64,000 nucleotides of DNA from a virus (Duplodnaviria; Caudoviricetes), in the IMG/VR virus record IMGVR_UViG_3300032782_000002, one strand, 5' to 3'. The first letter of the stretch is position 1, and every line of letters starts with the position of its first letter. A model generated the notes under the pieces. The model had not been told where the DNA came from. It worked only from the letters and a program-made list of their open reading frames with translations, and made no database searches. Positions 37,423-46,913 of the stretch are shown piece by piece. Made by a program: the position numbers and the translations under genes.

Positions 37423-40400
37423 GTGGCGATCGTCGGCGGCATCATCGTCGCTGGCGCGATCGGCACGCTGCAGGACACCGTCGCGCAGGCGTCCCTCGGC
37501 GCCATCGTGGCCGCCACAGTCCCGTCCGTTCCGGATCTGCCGCCCGCTCAGCTGCTCACAGGCGGCGTCTACGCGCTCAACGGCGCAACGAAGGAGGGGC
37601 GTGCCTTCACGTCCGGGCCTGGCGCCATCGGCGCGGGCGCCGGCACCCAGGGCACATCTCTCAAGTGGTACTTCATCAACGCGGCGGCCGCGGGCTCGTC
37701 GCACATGGCCCTCACCACCGGGCCCGCGCCCGCGACGGCGACGCTGGCGAGCACCGGGTGGACGGTCGGCACCACGGCGAGCGGCAACTACTCGGAGTTT
37801 CTCTACAACACCAAGCGAGCCGCTGCGACATTCGGCTCGACGGTGCTGCCTAACGCGGCTCCGACCACCAACGACTGCGCGCGCACGCAGAGCCCGTACA
37901 CCGGCTACTTCGCGGCCGGCACGTGGTCGATCAAGGTCTCGTTCATCGCCGGTGTCGCGGCGACCGGATCCGGCAACCTGCGCGTGCGCGTGTGGCGCAG
38001 CTCGAACCCCACCGGCTCCGGCGCCGTCGAACTCACGACGGCCACGCTTGCGCTCTCGGGTGTCAGCAACCTGACCACGAGCACCGCACAGAACACGAGC
38101 GTGACGTGGAACCCGGGGCCCATCACGCTCAACAACGAGTACCTGTTCTTCGAGATGGCGTGGAACATCACTGGCGCCAGCGCCAGTTCCACAGCCTCTG
38201 TCGAGTGGCGTACGGACGCGACCAACTCGATCATCACAGCACCGGCCTTCACCTCGACATCCGTAGGCGGCGCGATCGTCACCGGCGGCACCGAGCTGCC
38301 GACGATGTCGCAGAACCTGATCGGCATCACGCAGGCCGCCGACATCCTCTACCCGGTCCCGCTGCCGCCGACGCAGTACATCCAGCCTGGTGCCAACCTG
38401 CCCATCAAGGGCGGCGTGAACGTGACCGGTGCCCTCGGCACCCTGCTCGCGGGCTCGATGGCGGCGTTGCCGACCTACGTGGGCAACCTGGCCGTGGGCG
38501 AGGCCACGACGTCGGCGACCTTCGGAAGCAAGGTCAAGCCTGGGCGCGCGATCGTCGTCATCGTCGCCAACCAGGGAAGCTCGGGCGTGACCTTCACCGG
38601 CGTGACGGACACGGAAGGCAACACCTACGTGCCGGTCGGCAACGGCATCTACGACAACGTCACGAACAACACGCAGATGCAGTTCTACGTGGCGTTCAAC
38701 GTTGCCGGAGATCCGGTGACGCCAAACACGGTGTCGTTCACGACCTCGGGATCGACGTCCGCGCTAGCCATCTACGCCTTCGAGGTCTCCGGTATCGCGG
38801 CGTTCGACAACGGGGCGGGCGCCACAGGTTCGTCGGCGACAGCCGCCACCGGCGCATTCCAGGTGCACCACGGACAGTCGATCATCTTCGCTGCGACGAT
38901 CAACTCGGGTAGCGGGTCTGCCGCGACCGCTCCCTTCAAGTTGATCCAGAAGACCGCGAACTTCGCCGACATTCTGGAGTACGCCACGCTGGGAGGGCCG
39001 GGAGCGATCAACGCGCAAGCGGCGCTCAGCGGCTCGCAGACGTGGGGCATCGTCGCGGCGTCCTTCTACGCCCCATCGGACACGTCTTCGATCAACGCGC
39101 GTGTTGCGGCACCCGCCGTGTACACCGATCTGCCGGTACCTCTGGAGCAGATCTTCGCCGGAGTCGTACCCCCACCGCCCGTGCCGGTACCGTTCCAGAC
39201 GCTGTATTACGGGCTGCCGCCGCCGGTGCCCGACTTCCCGATCCTGCTGTCGCAGTTCCTGATGTCGGGTGAGGCCGAGGGCATCCTCGACTCGACGACC
39301 ATCGGTGTCGGCTCGGGCGTCTACCCGCTCGGCGGTTTGAACATCACGGGGCAGCTCGGCACGCTCTACGTGCAGGCATCCACCACACCCGCCATCGCCT
39401 TCAAGCAGGGCACGTCGGTCGAGCAGCCGGCCGGTAGCATCGCGTCCCCCGCCACGACAACCGCGTTCAGCTCGTCCAACGTGGCGGGCAACGCCATCGT
39501 CGTCTTCGTGCTCTGCGGCATGACGTATCCGCACAACGGCTTCCCCGGCACGACGGTCACGGACACGCAAGGCAACACGTACAACCTCGTGCAGCAGTGG
39601 GATGGCACCGCGAGCGCCAGCTTCGGCGCCACGTCCATGGGTGTGTACGTGGCGTTCGGCGTCAAAGGCGGCTCGGGCAATCAGGTCCTCTGCAACTTCA
39701 CGACGACCAACGTGCACGAGATGTCCGCCGTCGCCGTGGAGTACTCCGGCATCAACGCGTACGACGCCGGAGGCGCCGACGACACGAGCACGTTCGGCGC
39801 GCAGCTCGCCACGGTGGACACCGGAAGTTTCACCACCAACCAGGTGGGCGTCATTCTCGCTGCAGCGTCAAGCAGCGCCGCGAGCGTCAGCTCGGCCGGT
39901 GCAGGCTACGCGCTTCGACTGAGCACATCGATCGTCGCGACAGGCGCGGAGGACAAGGTCAACGCGGCGGCAGGGACCAACGACGCGACGCTCGTGTTCT
40001 CCGGTACCGGCAACTGGGGCATCATCGCCGCGAACTTCTACTGGTCCGGCGGTTCGGTCCCCACACCGTTCAACGCGCTCCGGCCCGCACCGAGCGACGC
40101 GGCGCTGCTGCCGATGCCGATGGCGCTCGACAACGGCGAGTCCCTCGGGATCACCGGAGCGTACGGCGCACAGATCACCACCGGGTTCGGCGGTGCCGGT
40201 CCGCCTCCCACAGCGGTCATCCTCAACAACATTCCGCTGCCGCCCACCGAGCTAGATCTGCCTCCCTTCCAGGCGCTCGACAACGGCGAGAGCTACGGGA
40301 TCACCGGCGCCTTCGGAGCCCAGATCACGACGGGCTTCGGTCAGCCCGCGCAGGTCGCGGTCATCTACGACAACCTTCTGCTGCCGCCGACGTTCCCGTT

Positions 40401-43400
40401 CGAGACGCCGCCACCCCAGGCGCTGTACGCCGGGCGTCCGTTCACGGTGGTCCAGACACCAACGCTGTTCGTCCAGGGCTCGTCGGCCATCTCGTTCTCG
40501 ACCGTCCCGACGCTCGATGCAGCAGCGTTCCCCAACGCACAGACCGCGGGCGACACGATCGTCGTGTTCGTGGGCACGAACGTCAAGACCGACATCGTCA
40601 CGGGCGTGACCGACACGGCCGGCAACCACTACGTACGTGGCGGCGTGCAGTTCGGCTCGCTCAACAACTTCACCGTCACGATGTACTACGCCACCAACAT
40701 CAAGGCGGCGAACGCCGGCACAAACGTCGTCACGGCGAGCTTCAGCCCGAACGCCGTGCACCCCGAGATCCTCGTCGCCGAGTACAGCGGCATCGGGAGC
40801 CTGTACACGACCGTCGGCGGTGAATCAGCCATCGCCACGCTGACGCTGACAGGTGCCTCGAATACGCCAGGCCAGATCTTTATCGGGAGCGCCAACTCCG
40901 CGTCCGGTTTGATCCCGCAGCCGCCCGCAAACCAGCGGGTGCTCGATGGGTACTCGGACGCGATCTACGATCTCATGGCGCCATCGCCAGGGACGTACAC
41001 CATCACCGAGTTCGGCTCGAACGCCGTCGGTCTGCTGGGCATCTTCACGCCCCAGTACAGCGCGAGCCTGAATACCACCGCGATCGGTGGCTTCAATTCC
41101 ATCGCGCTCGGAGCCAACGTCATCCAGCCGCCATCCATGCTGGCTCCGGCGCTGCTACCGCCCGATACGCGGCTGCCGCCACTCGACTATGTGCTCGCGG
41201 GTGTAGCGCCGACGACGACACAAGCCGTCATCCTGCAAGCGACGCAAGCTCCCGCCGCCGCCGACTTGCCGGCTTGGGAGCGGCTGACCAGCGGTCTCTA
41301 TCAGGACGCGAGCGTCATCGGCGCCATCGCACGCGGCGCGGGACAAGCAGCCCAGCCGCCTGTCGTCATCGTGGGCCCACCCGACGCACGCTCTCCGTGG
41401 CCGACCACGGTGGACGAACTGCTCGTCGGGTACGGCCAGGCCGCGCAACCGCCCGTCATCGTCAAGCCTTACCTGCTGCCTCCCAGTGCTGATCTGCCGC
41501 CGCTCGATTCCGTGCTCAAGGGCTACGGGCAAGCCGCTCAACCGCCCGTGCTCGTCGAGGCGTTCTTGCTACCGCCCGACACCCTGCTGCCTCCGTGGGA
41601 TCGACTCACGAGCGGCATCTACCAGGATGCGTCGGTGATCGGAGCGATTGCTCGCGGCGTCGGGCAAGCGGCGCAGCCACCCGTCATCATCGCGCAGCCC
41701 CTGGTAGCGCCCGAGACGCAGCTGCCGCCGCGCGACCAGCTCGGATCGGGGCAGGCGTTCATCGGCACGTGGGACGCCTTCACGGGCGGCTTCGGTCAGG
41801 CAGCGCAACCGCCGGTGATCGTCAAGCCGTTCATCCTGCCACCCGAGACGCAGCTGCCGCCCCACGACTACGTGCTGACCGGATACGGACAGGCCGCGCA
41901 GCCGCCGTTCTTCGTGCAACCGGTGCTGGTGCCGCCGTTCGCCGATCTGCCTCCCTGGGATCGGTTGACGTCCGGGATCTATCAGGACGCCTCCGTCGTC
42001 GGCGCCATTGCTCGTGGAGCCGGCCAGGCTGGTCAACCACCCGTCATCGTGCGGGCCGTCTTGCTGCCTCCGGACACACCGCTGCCGCCGTGGGAGCGCC
42101 TCACGAGCGGTGTGTACCAGGACGCCTCCGTGATCGGTGCCATCGCACGCGGCGCCGGGTATCCCGCGCAGCCCCCGGCCATCATCGTCGGCCCTGTCGA
42201 CCCACGGTCGCCGTGGCCGACCACTGTCGATGAGCTGCTCACGGGCTATGGCCAGGCAGCGCAACCTCCGGTCATCGTCAAACCCGATCTGCTGCCGCCG
42301 GCCACGGATCTGCCGCCGGTGGACACGATTCTCGCGGGCTACGGGCAGGCCGCCGAGGCGCCGTTCTTCGTACGCCCCTTCCTGCTGCCGCCCGAGACGC
42401 TCTTGCCCCCGAAGGACTACATCTTCGCGGGCGCAGGCCAAGCCGCTCAGCCTCCCGTCATCGTCTACGCGCGCACGATCCCGCCCGAGACCCAGCTGCC
42501 GCCGAACGACTACGTACTCAAGGGCTATGGACAGCCCGCACAACCGCCCGTCATCATGGTCGGGCCGATCGATCCCCGTGCGCCCTGGCCCACGACGACC
42601 GACGAGCTGCTCGTCGGGTACGGACAGCCCGCGCAGCCACCGGTCATCCTCGTCGGACCGCCGGACGCACGCTCGCCCTGGCCGACAACCGTGGACGAGC
42701 TGCTGACGGGGTACGGACAAGCCGCCCAGCCGCCAGCCATCATCAAGCCGTTCTTGCTCCCACCCGACACTCCGCTACCAGAGTGGCAGCGCCTCACCGC
42801 GGGAGCGATGCTCGATGCCGGCGTCATTGGCGCGATCTCGCGCGGAGCGGGCCAAGCCGCGCAGCCGCCTGTCATCGCGAAGCAGGATCTGCTCCCGCCG
42901 TTCACCACGCTGCCGGAGTGGCAGAGGCTGACTGCAGGGGCGCTGCTCGACAGCGCCGTCATCGGAGCCATCAGTCGCGGCTCCGGTCAGGCCGCACAGC
43001 CTCCGGTGATCGTGAAGCCGGATCTGCTGCCGCCCAGCGCCGATCTGCCCCCGCTCGACTACTCCATCGCGGGCTTCGGTCAGGCAGCGCAACCGCCCGT
43101 CATCATCTACGCGCGCGTCGTACCGCCGGACGCCGCGCTGCCGCCCACCGACTACGTCATCAAGGGGTTCGGCCAGGCGGCTCAGCCCCCCGTGATTGTC
43201 GTAGGCCCGGTCGACCCGAGATCGCCTTGGCCGACGACCGTCGATGAACTGCTGACCGGATACGGTCAGGCGGCTCAGCCTCCGGTCATCGTCTTCGCGC
43301 GTCTCATCCCACCGGAAGCGCCGCTGCCGCCGCCGCAGCAGATCGAGCCCGGCGCGGGCTTCCCGCCGCAGCCGCCGAACATCACCTTCCCGGTCATCGT

Positions 43401-44619
43401 GCCCCCGTACACGCTGCTGCCCGAGTGGCAGCGGCTGACGCCCGGAGCAATGCTGGATACTGGGGTCATCGGGGCCATCTCGCGCGGTGCTGGAGCGGCC
43501 GCACAGCCTCCGGTGATCGTCAAGGCGTTCGTGCTGCCGCCGACCACCGTGCTGCCGGAGTGGCAACGCCTGATGAACGGCGAGCAGCTGGAGGATGCCG
43601 GCGTCATCGGAGCCATCACCCGCGGGTCCGGCTTCCCGCCGCAGCCGCCCGTCATCATCACCGGACCGATCGATCCGCGCCCGCCCTGGCCGACCACGGT
43701 GGACGAGATCCTCACCGGCTACGGTCAGCCCGCGCAGCCACCGATCATCATCGTAGGGCCGCCCGATCCGCGGTCGCCTTGGCCCACGACGACCGACGAG
43801 CTGCTCACAGGCTACGGGCAAGCAGCGCAGCCCCCTGTGATCGTCAAGGCGTTCCTCCTGCCACCAGCCGCCGAGCTGCCGCCGCCGTACTTGCTCATCC
43901 CGGGCGCCAACCGGCCTGTCGAGGCGCAGATCATCGAGGCCACGCTGCTGCCGCCCGACGCGGAGCTGCCGCCCTCGCAGTGGCTGACAGCGGGCTCGCT
44001 GCTGAACCACGCGACCGTCGATGCCCTGACGGGCGGATTCGGTCAGCCCGCGCAGCCGCCGGTCATCCTCGCCTCGAAGCTGCCGTTCGTCGCCGAGCTG
44101 CCCCCGCGGCTCGTCGTGCTCGGCATCGGCCCGCTCGTCAAGCCGACCGCGAAGATCATCCTGGCGTTCGCGCTGCCGCCGCTGGCGGAGCTGCCGCCCT
44201 TCGACTCGATCATCCCCGGCGGCGGCGTGCTGCCGCCGGTGGTCACCAAGCGCCGTCGCCTGAGCGGCCAGGAAGACGTCTTCGTCTACGACGAGCGACC
44301 GATCATCCTGCAGCTGGCCGTGCAGGCCGTCATGGGCACGCTGGCCGCGCCCTCGACGCTGCCGACCGCTTCCCCCGCGACACCGCAGACCGCCGACCGG
44401 ATCCTCGTTGCGGTGGGCAACGATGCCATCGTGCGCGCGCCGGCTGCCGGGTGGCTGCGCACGGCATCGGGCGGCTCGCTGGGCCTGCGCGCCTCCATCG
44501 CGGGCGACGACGGTCTGTCCTACGCCGTGCTCAACCTCGGCACGATCGTCGGCCAGATCCCGCGCCGCGTCGTGGCGCACGAGATCATCGGCCGCACTCC
44601 TAAGAAGTCGGGCGCGTGA
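37423..44619 (+). CDS. Giant (2398 aa) surface/fibre-like protein: beta-sandwich modules plus Pro-rich repeat stalk
   Basis: GAGGAGG RBS; three IVV.V...VTDT.GN.Y modules; about 27 G.GQAAQPP repeats. Confidence 0.75.
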   Translation: MAIVGGIIVAGAIGTLQDTVAQASLGAIVAATVPSVPDLPPAQLLTGGVYALNGATKEGRAFTSGPGAIGAGAGTQGTSLKWYFINAAAAGSSHMALTTGPAPATATLASTGWTVGTTASGNYSEFLYNTKRAAATFGSTVLPNAAPTTNDCARTQSPYTGYFAAGTWSIKVSFIAGVAATGSGNLRVRVWRSSNPTGSGAVELTTATLALSGVSNLTTSTAQNTSVTWNPGPITLNNEYLFFEMAWNITGASASSTASVEWRTDATNSIITAPAFTSTSVGGAIVTGGTELPTMSQNLIGITQAADILYPVPLPPTQYIQPGANLPIKGGVNVTGALGTLLAGSMAALPTYVGNLAVGEATTSATFGSKVKPGRAIVVIVANQGSSGVTFTGVTDTEGNTYVPVGNGIYDNVTNNTQMQFYVAFNVAGDPVTPNTVSFTTSGSTSALAIYAFEVSGIAAFDNGAGATGSSATAATGAFQVHHGQSIIFAATINSGSGSAATAPFKLIQKTANFADILEYATLGGPGAINAQAALSGSQTWGIVAASFYAPSDTSSINARVAAPAVYTDLPVPLEQIFAGVVPPPPVPVPFQTLYYGLPPPVPDFPILLSQFLMSGEAEGILDSTTIGVGSGVYPLGGLNITGQLGTLYVQASTTPAIAFKQGTSVEQPAGSIASPATTTAFSSSNVAGNAIVVFVLCGMTYPHNGFPGTTVTDTQGNTYNLVQQWDGTASASFGATSMGVYVAFGVKGGSGNQVLCNFTTTNVHEMSAVAVEYSGINAYDAGGADDTSTFGAQLATVDTGSFTTNQVGVILAAASSSAASVSSAGAGYALRLSTSIVATGAEDKVNAAAGTNDATLVFSGTGNWGIIAANFYWSGGSVPTPFNALRPAPSDAALLPMPMALDNGESLGITGAYGAQITTGFGGAGPPPTAVILNNIPLPPTELDLPPFQALDNGESYGITGAFGAQITTGFGQPAQVAVIYDNLLLPPTFPFETPPPQALYAGRPFTVVQTPTLFVQGSSAISFSTVPTLDAAAFPNAQTAGDTIVVFVGTNVKTDIVTGVTDTAGNHYVRGGVQFGSLNNFTVTMYYATNIKAANAGTNVVTASFSPNAVHPEILVAEYSGIGSLYTTVGGESAIATLTLTGASNTPGQIFIGSANSASGLIPQPPANQRVLDGYSDAIYDLMAPSPGTYTITEFGSNAVGLLGIFTPQYSASLNTTAIGGFNSIALGANVIQPPSMLAPALLPPDTRLPPLDYVLAGVAPTTTQAVILQATQAPAAADLPAWERLTSGLYQDASVIGAIARGAGQAAQPPVVIVGPPDARSPWPTTVDELLVGYGQAAQPPVIVKPYLLPPSADLPPLDSVLKGYGQAAQPPVLVEAFLLPPDTLLPPWDRLTSGIYQDASVIGAIARGVGQAAQPPVIIAQPLVAPETQLPPRDQLGSGQAFIGTWDAFTGGFGQAAQPPVIVKPFILPPETQLPPHDYVLTGYGQAAQPPFFVQPVLVPPFADLPPWDRLTSGIYQDASVVGAIARGAGQAGQPPVIVRAVLLPPDTPLPPWERLTSGVYQDASVIGAIARGAGYPAQPPAIIVGPVDPRSPWPTTVDELLTGYGQAAQPPVIVKPDLLPPATDLPPVDTILAGYGQAAEAPFFVRPFLLPPETLLPPKDYIFAGAGQAAQPPVIVYARTIPPETQLPPNDYVLKGYGQPAQPPVIMVGPIDPRAPWPTTTDELLVGYGQPAQPPVILVGPPDARSPWPTTVDELLTGYGQAAQPPAIIKPFLLPPDTPLPEWQRLTAGAMLDAGVIGAISRGAGQAAQPPVIAKQDLLPPFTTLPEWQRLTAGALLDSAVIGAISRGSGQAAQPPVIVKPDLLPPSADLPPLDYSIAGFGQAAQPPVIIYARVVPPDAALPPTDYVIKGFGQAAQPPVIVVGPVDPRSPWPTTVDELLTGYGQAAQPPVIVFARLIPPEAPLPPPQQIEPGAGFPPQPPNITFPVIVPPYTLLPEWQRLTPGAMLDTGVIGAISRGAGAAAQPPVIVKAFVLPPTTVLPEWQRLMNGEQLEDAGVIGAITRGSGFPPQPPVIITGPIDPRPPWPTTVDEILTGYGQPAQPPIIIVGPPDPRSPWPTTTDELLTGYGQAAQPPVIVKAFLLPPAAELPPPYLLIPGANRPVEAQIIEATLLPPDAELPPSQWLTAGSLLNHATVDALTGGFGQPAQPPVILASKLPFVAELPPRLVVLGIGPLVKPTAKIILAFALPPLAELPPFDSIIPGGGVLPPVVTKRRRLSGQEDVFVYDERPIILQLAVQAVMGTLAAPSTLPTASPATPQTADRILVAVGNDAIVRAPAAGWLRTASGGSLGLRASIAGDDGLSYAVLNLGTIVGQIPRRVVAHEIIGRTPKKSGA
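41335..44220 (+). repeat. About 27 tandem coding repeats of 31 or about 45 aa
   Basis: G[YFA]GQ[AP]AQPPVI core with three subtypes. Confidence 0.9.
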
Positions 44620-45028
44620 GGTAGGCGATCCCGAGCAGGCCGATGGGCAGCCCGAAGGCCGCGCCCATCGCGACCGCCCAGCTCGCGCCGAGCCACTTGG
44701 CGACCGCGAAACCACCGAGCGCAAGGATCGCCATGCCGATGTGGGCCGACGTTACCTGGGGCACACCGCCGGTCACGGTCAGCACGTACGGATCGTACTG
44801 CGGTGGAGGCACGGGCACGGGCTGCCCTGGCGTACCGAATGCCCAGTCGTCGCCGCCGGCACGCTCGACGTGGACAGGACCCCCGCGCTGCTGGCGGTGC
44901 ATCCGGGTGTCGACGACCCAGTAGGCGGCCTCGCCCGAGTGCTCGGGGACGAAGTCCACACGCAGATTCGTATCCGCCCCGACGTAGATCTTGGGGTCTG
45001 CAGTCTGCGGCGCGGGGCTCGGCGTCAC
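44600..45028 (-). CDS. Membrane protein
   Basis: C-terminal TM pair; TAGACT 6 nt upstream of GTG. Confidence 0.6.
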   Translation of the reverse strand: MTPSPAPQTADPKIYVGADTNLRVDFVPEHSGEAAYWVVDTRMHRQQRGGPVHVERAGGDDWAFGTPGQPVPVPPPQYDPYVLTVTGGVPQVTSAHIGMAILALGGFAVAKWLGASWAVAMGAAFGLPIGLLGIAYLTRPTS

Positions 45029-45073
45029 GCGCCTAGTCTAGCAGCTACCCCGGGAGGGTGAAAACAGGCCGTC

Positions 45074-45472
45074 TCAGTTGCGCACGACGTGCTCGATCAG
45101 GTGCCGCACCGCGTGCACCATCTTGGCCACGTCCTGGGCGGCGGGCGGGTAGCTGATTCGGGATCCGGGGGCACCGTCGTTGCGCACCCAGGTCGCTGTC
45201 ATGCGGATGGCCCTGCCAGGCCCTGACGCCGACGGCTCGTTGATGCGTTCGATCACGAGCTTGCGCTCCAGCGTCTTGCCCTTCCAGCGATCGGCCCACC
45301 CGCGCGCCTCGTCGAGCGCCTCCTGGGTCTCCGGCTCGCCCGCCCACTCGGCCGGCGCGTCCTCCTCGCCGAGAATCACGCGGATGATGCGGGCCATGCC
45401 CGTGAACCACGCGTCGTCCACCTGCGGCGGGGGAGCCAGCACGCCCCCACCCACGATCTGCGTCTCGCCCAT
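45074..45472 (-). CDS. Hypothetical protein
   Basis: AGGAGG RBS. Confidence 0.6.
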   Translation of the reverse strand: MGETQIVGGGVLAPPPQVDDAWFTGMARIIRVILGEEDAPAEWAGEPETQEALDEARGWADRWKGKTLERKLVIERINEPSASGPGRAIRMTATWVRNDGAPGSRISYPPAAQDVAKMVHAVRHLIEHVVRN

Positions 45473-45481
45473 GACGTCCTC

Positions 45482-45847
45482 CTACGAGTAGTTCTCCTCG
45501 TCCAAGCGCATGTCCTCGGGGTTGTTGCGCCCCGAGTCCTGGCTGATCATCTTGAGGTACTTCTCGACCTTCTCGCGGATGACGCGACGGATCTGTTCGT
45601 CGTGCGCAGGAGTGCCGCTGGCGAAGCCCCTGGTGGCGAACGAGATGCAGAGCGCGGGTCTGCCCATCGCATCCGGATGGTTGAACACGATGAGCAAGGC
45701 CGGGATACGAAGCTCCGGCCGGCGCACGCGCGACTTCGGATCCTCGCCGAGCCACACGCACCGAAACTCGGCCTTGTCGATGCACTTGAGGTCCTTCAGG
45801 ACCTCCATGGCCAGCTCCTCGGTTCGCTTGTGCTTGACGCGTTCCAT
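45482..45847 (-). CDS. Hypothetical protein
   Basis: TGATG-coupled start MERVKHK. Confidence 0.55.
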   Translation of the reverse strand: MERVKHKRTEELAMEVLKDLKCIDKAEFRCVWLGEDPKSRVRRPELRIPALLIVFNHPDAMGRPALCISFATRGFASGTPAHDEQIRRVIREKVEKYLKMISQDSGRNNPEDMRLDEENYS

Positions 45848-46014
45848 CAGGCCAAACCTGCCTCTCGGATACGACGGAGCAACTCTTTTGCCGCGTCCAC
45901 ACGCTCCCAGCGCTCGCCGTTGTCCTCCATGTCTTGGAGCTTGCCGGGCGTGCCTGGATCCCCGAGCGCCATCTGCTCCTCGATGTACTTCTCGACGATC
46001 TCGACGGCGGTCAT
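45847..46014 (-). CDS. Hypothetical 55 aa protein
   Basis: ATGA coupling, GGAGG RBS. Confidence 0.5.
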   Translation of the reverse strand: MTAVEIVEKYIEEQMALGDPGTPGKLQDMEDNGERWERVDAAKELLRRIREAGLA

Positions 46015-46913
46015 CTCTTGTCCTCCCCGCGTTCTTTCTTCCAGACAGCCATGGCGCGGCTGGCGAGGCGCGCGCGATTGACGTCGCGGACCGCCTTGAG
46101 AAGCGTAGCACCGGGCATGTTGGCCAGGACCGCCACGTCGCGGGCGAGCGTGCCGCCGTAGCCGTCGCCAGCTACCAGGGGCGCGCGGCGACCAATGCGC
46201 CCATCGGCACGAAGCCCTGCGGTGACGCGCGCCATGTCGACACCGCGCCCCTCGCTCAGGACAGCCAGCTCGTTGGCCAGGCTGATGTTGGTCGCGAGCC
46301 ACGCATTGGTGGCGTGCTTGATCATCTCGGCCGTGGCCAGGTTGGTGCGCATGATCGGCGATGCGACCGAGATCCCGTCGAGCATCTCCGCAACGCGCGT
46401 CTGCGTATCCTGGTCGTCGGCACCGACCACGATCCGGTCGGCGTTGAGGAACGTGCGCACGCCATCGCCCAGACGCATGTTCTCGGGCACGTACGCAACG
46501 GGCGTCAGCAGCTCGTCTTGGATGCGCCGGCACGTACCGATGGGCACCTGGCTGCTGATGACGATACGCGGCGCCCAGCCGCGGTACACCTCCGTCGCCT
46601 GAGTCAGCACGGACAGATCCGGGCCGTCGTCGGGATTCGACGGGACGTCCATGGCCATCCACACCGCGTCGAACACCCCCGGCGGGCCCCCAGCAGTCGC
46701 CGGAAACACATGAAGGCGTCCGGCCGCCGTGCCCTCCCCGACGAGATCGGACAGGCGCGGCTCATGGACATCGAGGGTGGGCGCGACGCCGTCCGGGAAG
46801 CCACCTGTCTGGTGTGTGAGCGTGACGTCGTGGCCGATGTGCCCGAGACACGCCCAGGTCACGATGGCGTTCTGCCAGTCGCCCACCACCAGGATCTTCA
46901 TCTTGGGCTTCAC
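46011..46913 (-). CDS. UDP-glucose/GDP-mannose dehydrogenase-like protein, degenerate and truncated
   Basis: SQVPIGT, PENMRLG, RIVVG, AEMIKHATNAWLA..IS..NE, DGRIG; lacks GxGxxG, catalytic Cys and C-domain. Confidence 0.7.
   Translation of the reverse strand: MKPKMKILVVGDWQNAIVTWACLGHIGHDVTLTHQTGGFPDGVAPTLDVHEPRLSDLVGEGTAAGRLHVFPATAGGPPGVFDAVWMAMDVPSNPDDGPDLSVLTQATEVYRGWAPRIVISSQVPIGTCRRIQDELLTPVAYVPENMRLGDGVRTFLNADRIVVGADDQDTQTRVAEMLDGISVASPIMRTNLATAEMIKHATNAWLATNISLANELAVLSEGRGVDMARVTAGLRADGRIGRRAPLVAGDGYGGTLARDVAVLANMPGATLLKAVRDVNRARLASRAMAVWKKERGEDKR

Noticed and set aside
41335-44220. Possible CRISPR array
   Set aside because: Repeats are in-frame coding, vary at synonymous positions and have related rather than unique spacers; no cas genes
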